Part shown: piece after piece, positions 1 through 12,200 of the stretch
Position numbering within the stretch: the first letter of the stretch is position 1
Layout of the letters: each line of letters begins with the position of its first letter
Program-made: the position numbers and the translations under genes
NCBI RefSeq assembly: GCF_009914755.1
Contig: NC_060939.1
DNA from: the human T2T-CHM13v2.0 reference genome, Homo sapiens
Length of the DNA: 64,000 bases
Direction: 5' to 3' (one strand)
Notes under the pieces: model-generated
The model's input: only the letters and a program-made list of their open reading frames with translations
Databases searched by the model: none
Told to the model about the DNA's origin: nothing

Positions 1-3000
1 ATTCCATTACATTCTTTTCATTTCTTATCCATTTCAAGCCATTCCACTCCATTCCATTCCACTCGTTTCCTTTCCATTCGAGTCCATTCCTCTCCAGTCC
101 ATTCCGTTCAATCCATTCCATTCCAGTCCATTCCATTCGAGTCTGTTCCATTCCAGTCCATTCCATTCGAGTCAATTCCATCCCATTCGATGTCTTTCCA
201 TAACGATCCATTCCATTCTATTCCTTTCGATTCCATTCCATTCTATTTCATTCCATTCGATTCCCTTCCATTGGACTCCTTTCCATTCGAGTGCATTCCA
301 TTCCGTTCCATTTCTTTCCGTTCTGTACGATTCCTACCGTTCGATTTCATTTTCTTCCAGTCCATTCTTTCGCGTCCATTCCATTCCATTTCACTCCATT
401 CGATTCCATTCCACTCGATTCCACTTCGTTCCATTTCATTGCATTCCATTCTATTCAACTCTATTGCCTTCCATTCCATTCCATTCGATTACATTCCATG
501 CGATTCCATTCGAAATCGAATCAATTACATTGCAATCCATTACTATTGAGTCCGTTTTATTCCAGTCCACTGCATTCTGGTCCATTCCATTTGATTCCAT
601 TCCATTCTATTCCATTCCATACAGTTGCATTCCATTGGATTCCATGCTATATCTATAAATTCAATTCGAGACCATTGCTTTTGAGTCCATTCTATATGAT
701 TCCATTCCATTCAAGTCCATTACATTTGGTTAAATTCCATTCCATTCGGTTCAATTCCATTCCATTCCATTCCCTTCCATTCCATTCCAGTTGATATCAA
801 TCCATTCGATTCCATTCCATTCGAGCACATTCCATTCGAGTCCATTCCATTCGATGCCATTCCATTTGATTCTATTCCATTAGTCTCCATTCAATTCCAT
901 TAATCTCCATTCCATTCCATTCTACTCCAACTGATTCCATTCCATTCTATTCCTTTCCATTCCATTTCATTCCATTCCATTCCATTCCATTCCATTCCAT
1001 TCCATTCCATTCGTGTCCATTCCACTCCAGTCCATTCCATTCGTATCCATTCCATTCCAGTCCATTCCATTTGTGTCCACTGCATTCCATTCCACTCCAT
1101 TCCATATTATTCCATTACACTCCATTCCATTCTATTACTTTAATTTCCATTCAATTCCATTCCATTTGATTCCATTCCACTCGGTTTCATTCCATTTGAG
1201 TCCACTCCATTCCATTCCATTCCATTCAGTTCCATTCCATTCTGTTCCATTCCATTCCGTTCCGTTACATTCCATTCCATTCGGTACCATTCCATATTGT
1301 TCCATTCGATTCCATTCGAATCCATTCCATTCCAGTCCATTCCATTCGATTCCATTCCATTCATTTCAATTCCATTCCATTCCATTCCATTACATTCCAC
1401 TTGATTCCTCTCCATTCACTTCCACTGCATTCCGTTCGATTCCATTCCATTGCATTGCATTCCATTCCATTGGATTGCATTCCATTCGATTCCATTCCAT
1501 TCGAATCAATTACATAGCAATCCATTACATTCGAGTCTATTCTCTTCCGTTCCATTCGATTTCGTTCCAATCCATTCGATTCCATTCCATTCGATTCCAT
1601 TCCATACTATTGCATTCCATTCGATTACATTATATTCGAATAAGTTCCATTCAAGACCATTTCTTTTGAGTCCATTCTATTTGAGTCCATTCCCTTTGAT
1701 TCCATAACATTTGAGTCCATTCAATTCCATTCCTTTCGTTTCCATTCCATTTGATGCCATTCCATTCAATTCTGTTCTACTCGACTCCAATACATTCAAT
1801 TCCATTCCATCCGATTCCATTACATTCTTTTCATTTCTTATCCATTTCAAGCCATTCCACTCCATTCCATTCCACTCGTTTCCTTTCCATTCGAGTCCAT
1901 TCCTCTCCAGTCCATTCCGTTCAATCCATTCCATTCCAGTCCATTCCATTCGAGTCCGTTCCATTCCAGTCCATTCCATTCGAGTCAATTCCATTCCATT
2001 CGATGTCTTTCCATAACGATCCATTCCATTCTATTCCTTTCGATTCCATTCCATTCTATTTCATTCCATTCGATTCCCTTCCATTGGACTCCTTTCCATT
2101 CGAGTGCATTCCATTCCGTTCCATTTCTTTCCGTTCTGTACGATTCCTACCGTTCGATTTCATTTTGTTCCAGTCCATTCTTTCGCGTCCATTCCATTCC
2201 ATTTCACTCCATTCGATTCCATTCCACTCGATTCCACTTCGTTCCATTTCATTGCATTCCATTCTATTCAACTCTATTGCCTTCCATTCCATTCCATTCG
2301 ATTACATTCCATGCGATTCCATTCGAAATCGAATCAATTACATTGCAATCCATTACTATTGAGTCCGTTTTATTCCAGTCCACTGCATTCTGGTCCATTC
2401 CATTTGATTCCATTCCATTCTATTCCATTCCATACAGTTGCATTCCATTGGATTCCATGCTATATCTATAAATTCAATTCGAGACCATTGCTTTTGAGTC
2501 CATTCTATATGATTCCATTCCATTCAAGTCCATTACATTTGGTTAAATTCCATTCCATTCGGTTCAATTCCATTCCATTCCATTCCCTTCCATTCCATTC
2601 CAGTTGATATCAATCCATTCGATTCCATTCCATTCGAGCACATTCCATTCGAGTCCATTCCATTCGATGCCATTCCATTTGATTCTATTCCATTAGTCTC
2701 CATTCAATTCCATTAATCTCCATTCCATTCCATTCTACTCCAACTGATTCCATTCCATTCTATTCCTTTCCATTCCATTTCATTCCATTCCATTCCATTT
2801 CATTCCATTCCATTCCATTCGCTTCCATTCCATTCGTGTCCATTCCACTCCAGTCCATTCCATTCGTGTCCATTCCATTCCAGTCCATTCCATTTGTGTC
2901 CACTGCATTCCATTCCACTCCATTCCATATTATTCCATTACTCTCCCTTCCATTCTATTACTTTCATTTCCATTCAATTCCATTCCATTTGATTCCATTC

Positions 3001-5317
3001 CACTCGGTTTCATTCCATTTGAGTCCACTCCATTCCATTCCATTCCATTCAGTTCCATTCCATTCTGTTCCATTCCATTCCGTTCCATTACATTCCATTC
3101 CATTCGGTACCATTCCATATTGTTCCATTCGATTCCATTCGAATCCATTCCATTCCAGTCCATTCCATTCGATACCATTCCATTCATTTCAATTCCATTC
3201 CATTCCATTCCATTACATTCCACTTGATTCCTCTCCATTCCCTTCCACTGCATTCCGTTCGATTCCATTCCATTGCATTGCATTCCATTCCATTGGATTG
3301 CACTCCATTCGATTCCATTCCATTCGAATCAATTACATAGCAATCCATTACATTCGAGTCTATTCTATTCCGTTCCATTCGATTTCGTTCCAATCCATTC
3401 GATTCCATTCCATTCGATTCCATTCCATACTATTGCATTCCATTCGATTACATTATATTCGAATAAGTTCCATTCAAGACCATTTCTTTTGAGTCCATTC
3501 TATTTGAGTCCATTCCCTTTGATTCCATAACATTTGAGTCCATTCAATTCCATTCCTTTCGTTTCCATTCCATTTGATGCCATTCCATTCAATTCAGTTC
3601 TACTCGACTCCAATACATTCAATTCCATTCCATCCGATTCCATTACATTCTTTTCATTTCTTATCCATTTCAAGCCATTCCACTCCATTCCATTCCACTC
3701 GTTTCCTTTCCATTCGAGTCCATTCCTCTCCAGTCCATTCCGTTCAATCCATTCCATTCCAGTCCATTCCATTCGAGTCCGTTCCATTTCAGTCCATTCC
3801 ATTCGAGTCAATTCCATCCCATTCGATGTCTTTCCATAACGATCCATTCCATTCTATTCCTTTCGATTCCATTCCATTCTATTTCATTGCATTCGATTCC
3901 CTTCCATTGGACTCCTTTCCATTCGAGTGCATTCCATTCCGTTCCATTTCTTTCCGTTCTGTACGATTCCTACCGTTCGATTTCATTTTGTTCCAGTCCA
4001 TTCCTTTCGCGTCCATTCCATTCCATTTCACTCCATTCGATTCCATTCCACTCGATTAGACTTCGTTCCATTTCATTGCATTCCATTCTATTCAACTCTA
4101 TTGCCTTCCATTCCATTCCATTCGATTACATTCCATGCGATTCCATTCGAAATCGAATCAATTACATTGCAATCCATTACTATTGAGTCCATTTTATTCC
4201 AGTCCACTGCATTCTGGTCCATTCCATTTGATTCCATTACATTCTATTCCATTCCATACAGTTGCATTCCATTGGATTCCATTCTATATGTATAAATTCA
4301 ATTCGAGACCATTGCTTTTGAGTCCATTCTATATGATTCCATTCCATTCAAGTCCATTACATTTGGTTCAATTCCATTCCATTCCATTCCCTTCCATTCC
4401 ATTCCAGTTGATATCAATCCATTCGATTCCATTCCATTCGAGCACATTCCATTCGAGTCCATTCCATTCGATGCCATTCCATTTGATTCTATTCCATTAG
4501 TCTCCATTCAATTCCATTAATCTCCATTCCATTCCATTCTACTCCAACTGATTCCATTCCATTCTATTCCTTTCCATTCCATTTCATTCCATTCCATTCC
4601 ATTTCATTCCATTCCATTCCATTCCATTCCATTCGCTTCCATTCTATTCGTGTCCATTCCATTCCAGTCCATTCCATTTGTGTCCACTGCATTCCATTCC
4701 ACTCCATTCCATATTATTCCATTACACTCCATTCCATTCTATTACTTTCATTTCCATTCAATTCCATTCCATTTGATTCCATTCCACTCGGTTTCATTCC
4801 ATTTGAGTCCACTCCATTCCATTCCATTCCATTCCATTCAGTTCCATTCCATTCTGTTCCATTCCATTCCGTTCCATTGCATTCCATTCCATTCGGTACC
4901 ATTCCATATTGTTCCATTCGATTCCATTCGAATCCATTCCATTCCAGTCCATTCCATTCGATTCCATTCCATTCCTTTCAATTCCATTCCATTCCATTCC
5001 ATTCCACTTGATTCCACTCCATTCCCTTCCACTGCATTCCATTCGATGCCATTCCATTGCATTGCATTCCATTCCATTGGACTGCATTCCATTCGATTCC
5101 ATTCCATTCGAATCAATTACATAGCAATCCATTACATTCGAGTCTATTCTATTCCGTTCAATTCGATTTTGTTCCAATCCATTCGATTCCATTCCATTCG
5201 ATTCCATTCCATACTATTGCATTCCATTCTATTACATTATATTCGAATAAGTTCCATTCAAGACCATTTCTTTTGAGTCCATTCTATTTGAGTCCATTCC
5301 CTTTGATTCCATAACAT

Positions 5318-6211
5318 TTGAGTCCATTCAATTCCATTCCTTTCGTTTCCATTCCATTTGATGCCATTCCATTCAATTCTGTTCTACTCGACTCCAATAC
5401 ATTCAATTCCATTCCATCCGATTCCATTACATTCTTTTCATTTCTTATCCATTTCAAGCCATTCCACTCCATTCCATTCCACTCGTTTCCTTTCCATTCG
5501 AGTCCATTCCTCTCCAGTCCATTCCGTTCAATCCATTCCATTCCAGTCCATTCCATTCCAGTCCATTCCATTTTTGTCCACTGCATTCCATTCCACTCCA
5601 TTCCATATTATTCCATTACACTCCATTCCATTCTATTACTTTCATTTCCATTCAATTCCATTCCATTTGATTCCATTCCACTCGGTTTCATTCCATTTGA
5701 GTCCACTCCATTCCATTCCATTCCATTCAGTTCCATTCCATTCTGTTCCATTCCATTCCGTTCCATTACATTCCATTCCATTCGGTACCATTCCATATTG
5801 TTCCATTCGATTCCATTCGAATCCATTCCATTCCAGTCCATTCCATTCGATACCATTCCATTCATTTCAATTCCATTCCATTCCATTCCATTACATTCCA
5901 CTTGATTCCTCTCCATTCCCTTCCACTGCATTCCGTTCGATTCCATTCCATTGCATTGCATTCCATTCCATTGGATTGCATTCCATTCGATTCCATTCCA
6001 TTCGAATCAATTACATAGCAATCCATTACATTCGAGTCTATTCTATTCCGTTCCATTCGATTTCGTTCCAATCCATTCGATTCCATTCCATTCGATTCCA
6101 TTCCATACTATTGCATTCCATTCGATTACATTATATTCGAATAAGTTCCATTCAAGACCATTTCTTTTGAGTCCATTCTATTTGAGTCCATTCCCTTTGA
6201 TTCCATAACAT
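5318..6211 (+). repeat. Truncated 894-bp unit (~900-bp internal deletion)
   Basis: Landmark spacing is 894 instead of ~1794, and the KpnI sites at 4895 and 5784 are only 889 bp apart. At ~5546-5558 the sequence jumps from the CCGTTCAATCCATT...CCAGT segment directly to the CCAGT...TGTCCACTGC segment. The GATC, CGCG, TATAAA, GATATC and ATTAAT landmarks are missing. Confidence 0.93.
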
Positions 6212-9200
6212 TTGAGTCCATTCAATTCCATTCCTTTCGTTTCCATTCCATTTGATGCCATTCCATTCAATTCTGTTCTACTCGACTCCAATACATTCAA
6301 TTCCATTCCATGCGATTCCATTACGTTCTTTTCATTTCTTATCCATTTCAAGCCATTCCACTCCATTCCATTCCACTCGGTTCCTTTCCATTCGAGTCAT
6401 TCCTCTCCAGTCCATTCCGTTCAATCCATTCCATTCCAGTCCATTCCATTCGAGTCCGTTCCATTCCAGTCCATTCCATTCGAGTCAATTCCATTCCATT
6501 CGATGTCTTTCCATAACGATCCATTCCATTCTATTCCTTTCGATTCCATTCCATTCTATTTCATTCCATTCGATTCCCTTCCATTGGACTCCTTTCCATT
6601 CGAGTGCATTCCATTCCGTTCCATTTCTTTCCGTTCTGTACGATTCCTACCGTTCGATTTCATTTTGTTCCAGTCCATTCCTTTCGCGTCCATTCCATTC
6701 CATTTCACTCCATTCGATTCCATTCCACTCGATTCCACTTCGTTCCATTTCATTGCATTCCATTCTATTCAACTCTATTGCCTTCCATTCCATTGCATTC
6801 GATTACATTCCATGCGATTCCATTCGAAATCGAATCAATTACATTGCAATCCATTACTATTGAGTCCGTTTTATTCCAGTCCACTGCATTCTGTTCCATT
6901 CCATTTGATTCCATTCCATTCTATTCCATTCCATACAGTTGCATTCCATTGGATTCCATGCTATATCTATAAATTCAATTCGAGACCATTGCTTTTGAGT
7001 CCATTCCATATGATTCCATTCCATTCAAGTCCATTACATTTGGTTCAATTCCATTCCATTCCATTCCCTTCCATTCCATTCCATTTGATATCAATCCATT
7101 CGATTCCATTCCATTCGAGCACATTCCATTCGAGTCCATTCCATTCGATGCCATTCCATTTGATTCTATTCCATTAGTCTCCATTCAATTCCATTAATCT
7201 CCCTTCCATTCCATTCTACTCCAACTGATTCCATTCCATTCTATTCCTTTCCATTCCATTTCATTCCATTCCATTCCATTTCATTCCATTCCATTCCATT
7301 CGCTTCCATTCCATTCGTGTCCATTCCACTCCATTCCATTCCATTCGTGTCAATTCCATTCCAGTCCTTTCCATTTGTGTCCACTGCACTCCATTCCACT
7401 CCATTCCATATTATTCCATTACACTCCATTCCATTCTATTACTTTCATTTCCATTCAATTCCATTCCATTTGATTCCATTCCACTCGGTTTCATTCCATT
7501 TGAGTCCACTCCATTCCATTCCATTCCATTCAGTTCCATTCCATTCTGTTCCATTCCATTCCGTTCCGTTACATTCCATTCCATTCGGTACCATTCCATA
7601 TTGTTCCATTCGATTCCATTCGAATCCATTCCATTCCAGTCCATTCCATTCGATTCCATTCCATTCATTTCAATTCCATTCCATTCCATTCCATTACATT
7701 CCACTTGATTCCTCTCCATTCCCTTCCACTGCATTCCGTTCGATTCCATTCCATTGCATTGCATTCCATTCCATTGGATTGCATTCCATTCGATTCCATT
7801 CCATTCGAATCAATTACATAGCAATCCATTACATTCGAGTCTATTCTCTTCCGTTCCATTCGGTTTCGTTCCAATCCATTCGATTCCATTCCATTCGATT
7901 CCATTCCATACTATTGCATTCCATTCGATTACATTATATTCGAATAAGTTCCATTCAAGACCATTTCTTTTGAGTCCATTCTATTTGAGTCCATTCCCTT
8001 TGATTCCATAACATTTGAGTCCATTCAATTCCATTCCTTTCGTTTGCATTCCATTTGATGCCATTCCATTCAATTCTGTTCTACTCGACTCCAATACATT
8101 CAATTCCATTCCATCCGATTCCATTACATTCTTTTCATTTCTTATCCATTTCAAGCCATTCCACTCCATTCCATTCCACTCGTTTCCTTTCCATTCGAGT
8201 CCATTCCTCTCCAGTCCATTCCGTTCAATCCATTCCATTCCAGTCCATTCCATTCGAGTCCGTTCCATTCCAGTCCATTCCATTCGAGTCAATTCCATTC
8301 CATTCGATGTCTTTCCATAACGATCCATTCCATTCTATTCCTTTCGATTCCATTCCATTCTATTTCATTCCATTCGATTCCCTTCCATTGGACTCCTTTC
8401 CATTCGAGTGCATTCCATTCCGTTCCATTTCTTTCCGTTCTGTACGATTCCTACCGTTCGATTTCATTTTCTTCCAGTCCATTCCTTTCGCGTCCATTCC
8501 ATTCCATTTCACTCCATTCGATTCCATTCCACTCGATTCCACTTCGTTCCATTTCATTGCATTCCATTCTATTCAACTCTATTGCCTTCCATTCCATTCC
8601 ATTCGATTACATTCCATGCGATTCCATTCGAAATCGAATCAATTACATTGCAATCCATTACTATTGAGTCCATTTTATTCCAGTCCACTGCATTCTGGTC
8701 CATTCCATTTGATTCCATTCCATTCTATTCCATTCCATACAGTTGCATTCCATTGGATTCCATTCTATATCTATAAATTCAATTCGAGACCATTGCTTTT
8801 GAGTCCATTCTATATGATTCCATTCCATTCAAGTCCATTACATTTGGTTCAATTCCATTTCATTCCATTCCCTAACATTCCATTCCAGTTGATATCAATC
8901 CATTCGATTCCATTCCATTCGAGCACATTCCATTCGAGTCCATTCCATTCGATGCCATTCCATTTGATTCTATTCCATTAGTCTCCATTCAATTCCATTA
9001 ATCTCCATTCCATTCCATTCTACTCCAACTGATTCCATTCCATTCTATTCCTTTCCATTCCATTTCATTCCATTCCATTCCATTTCATTCCATTCCATTC
9101 CATTCGCTTCCATTCCATTCGTGTCCATTCCACTCCAGTCCATTCCATTCGTGTCCATTCCATTCCAGTCCATTCCATTTGTGACAACTGCATTCCATTC

Positions 9201-12200
9201 CACTCCATTCCATATTATTCCATTACACTCCCTTCCATTCTATTACTTTCATTTCCATTCAATTCCATTCCATTTGATTCCATTCCACTCGGTTTCATTC
9301 CATTTGAGTCCACTCCATTCCATTCCATTCCATTCAGTTCCATTCCATTCTGTTCCATTCCATTCCGTTCCATTACATTCCATTCCATTCGGTACCATTC
9401 CATATTGTTCCATTCGATTCCATTCGAATCCATTCCATTCCAGTCCATTCCATTCGATACCATTCCATTCATTTCAATTCCATTCCATTCCATTCCATTA
9501 CATTCCACTTGATTCCTCTCCATTCCCTTCCACTGCATTCCGTTCGATTCCATTCCATTGCATTGCATTCCATTCCATTGGATTGCATTCCATTCGATTC
9601 CATTCCATTCGAATCAATTACATAGCAATCCGTTACATTCGAGTCTATTCTCTTCCGTTCCATTCGATTTCGTTCCAATCCATTCGATTCCATTCCATTC
9701 GATTCCATTCCATACTATTGCATTCCATTCGATTACATTATATTCGAATAAGTTCCATTCAAGACCATTTCTTTTGAGTCCATTCTATTTGAGTCCATTC
9801 CCTTTGATTCCATAACATTTGAGTCCATTCAATTCCATTCCTTTCGTTTCCATTCCATTTGATGCCATTCCATTCAATTCTGTTCTACTCGACTCCAATA
9901 CATTCAATTCCATTCCATCCGATTCCATTACATTCTTTTCATTTCTTATCCATTTCAAGCCATTCCACTCCATTCCATTCCACTCGTTTCCTTTCCATTC
10001 GAGTCCATTCCTCTCCAGTCCAATCCGTTCAATCCATTCCATTCCAGTCCATTCCATTCGAGTCCGTTCCATTCCAGTCCATTCCATTCGAGTCAATTCC
10101 ATCCCATTCGATGTCTTTCCATAACGATCCATTCCATTCTATTCCTTTCGATTCCATTCCATTCTATTTCATTCCATTCGATTCCCTTCCATTGGACTCC
10201 TTTCCATTCGAGTGCATTCCATTCCGTTCCATTTCTTTCCGTTCTGTACGATTCCTACCGTTCGATTTCATTTTGTTCCAGTCCATTCCTTTCGCGTCCA
10301 TTCCATTCCATTTCACTCCATTCGATTCCATTCCACTCGATTCCACTTCGTTCCATTTCATTGCATTCCATTCTATTCAACTCTATTGCCTTCCATTCCA
10401 TTCCATTCGATTACATTCCATGCGATTCCATTCGAAATCGAATCAATTACATTGCAATCCATTACTATTGAGTCCGTTTTATTCCAGTCCACTGCATTCT
10501 GTTCCATTCCATTTGATTCCATTCCATTCTATTCCATTCCATACAGTTGCATTCCATTGGATTCCATGCTATATCTATAAATTCAATTCGAGACCATTGC
10601 TTTTGAGTCCATTCTATATGATTCCATTCCATTCAAGTCCATTACATTTGGTTCAATTCCATTCCATTCCATTCCCTTCCATTCCATTCCATTTGATATC
10701 AATCCATTCGATTCCATTCCATTCGAGCACATCCCATTCGAGTCCATTCCATTCGATGCCATTCCATTTGATTCTATTCCATTAGTCTCCATTCAATTCC
10801 ATTAATCTCCATTCCATTCCATTCTACTCCAACTGATTCCATTCCATTCTATTCGTTTCCATTCCATTTCATTCCATTCCATTCCATTTCATTCCATTCC
10901 ATTCCATTCGTGTCCATTCCACTCCAGTCCATTCCATTCGTGTCCATTCCATTCCAGTCCATTCCATTTGTGTCCACTGCATTCCATTCCACTCCATTCC
11001 ATATTATTCCTTTACACTCCATTCCATTCTATCACTTTCATTTCCATTCAATTCCATTCCATTTGATTCCATTCCACTCGGTTTCATTCCATTTGAGTCC
11101 ACTCCATTCCATTCCATTGCATTCCATTCAGTTCCATTCCATTCTGTTCCATTCCATTCCGTTCCATTACATTCCATTCCATTCGGTACCATTCCATATT
11201 GTTCCATTCGATTCCATTCGAATCCATTCCATTCCAGTCCATTCCATTCGATTCCATTCCATTCATTTCAATTCCATTCCATTCCATTCCATTACATTCC
11301 ACTTGATTCCTCTCCATTCCCTTCCACTGCATTCCGTTCGATTCCATTCCATTGCATTGCATTCCATTCCATTGGATTGCATTCCATTCGATTCCATTCC
11401 ATTCGAATCAATTACATAGCAATCCATTACATTCGAGTCTATTCTATTCCGTTCCATTCGATTTCGTTCCAATCCATTCGATTCCATTCCATTCGATTCC
11501 ATTCCATACTATTGCATTCCATTCGATTACATTATATTCGAATAAGTTCCATTCAAGACCATTTCTTTTGAGTCCATTCTATTTGAGTCCATTCCCTTTG
11601 ATTCCATAACATTTGAGTCCATTCAATTCCATTCCTTTCGTTTCCATTCCATTTGATGCCATTCCATTCAATTCTGTTCTACTCGACTCCAATACACTCA
11701 ATTCCATTCCATCCGATTCCATTACATTCTTTTCATTTCTTATCCATTTCAAGCCATTCCACTCCATTCCATTCCACTCGTTTCCTTTCCATTCGAGTCC
11801 ATTCCTCTCCAGTCCATTCCGTTCAATCCATTCCATTCCAGTCCATTCCATTCGAGTCCGTTCCATTCCAGTCCATTCCATTCGAGTCAATTCCATCCCA
11901 TTCGATGTCTTTCCATAACGATCCATTCCATTCTATTCCTTTCGATTCCATTCCATTCTATTTCATTCCATTCGATTCCCTTCCATTGGACTCCTTTCCA
12001 TTCGAGTGCATTCCATTCCTTTCCATTTCTTTCCGTTCTGTACGATTCCTACCGTTCGATTTCATTTTGTTCCAGTCCATTCCTTTCGCGTCCATTCCAT
12101 TCCATTTCACTCCATTCGATTCCATTCCACTCGATTCCACTTCGTTCCATTTCATTGCATTCCATTCTATTCAACTCTATTGCCTTCCATTCCATTCCAT

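Noticed and set aside
505-530. Canonical heat-shock element at TTCGAAATCGAAT, or at CGAATAAGTTCC (~1637)
   Set aside because: The spacing does not match nGAAnnTTCnnGAAn. The minus strand has only direct GGAAT (nGAAn) repeats, a generic property of HSat3.
790-910. DUX4-type motif at TGATATCAATCC or TTAATCTCCATT
   Set aside because: Neither matches TAAYYYAATCA or TGATTCAATCA-like 11-mers.
960-1010. Non-B structure (GGA-sheared hairpins) in pure (GGAAT)n tracts as a novel feature
   Set aside because: This is a known generic property of this satellite class, and nothing in the window is specific evidence for it.
8055-8981. Recurrent 308-aa + strand ORF and all other HSIPF/MEWNG-rich ORFs
   Set aside because: Pure (CCATT)n has no stop codon in any frame and translates as HSIPF or MEWNG repeats. 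The ORFs overlap in several frames, often start at TTG/GTG, and are freely broken by 5-bp and 1-bp indels between units. There is no sign of coding constraint.
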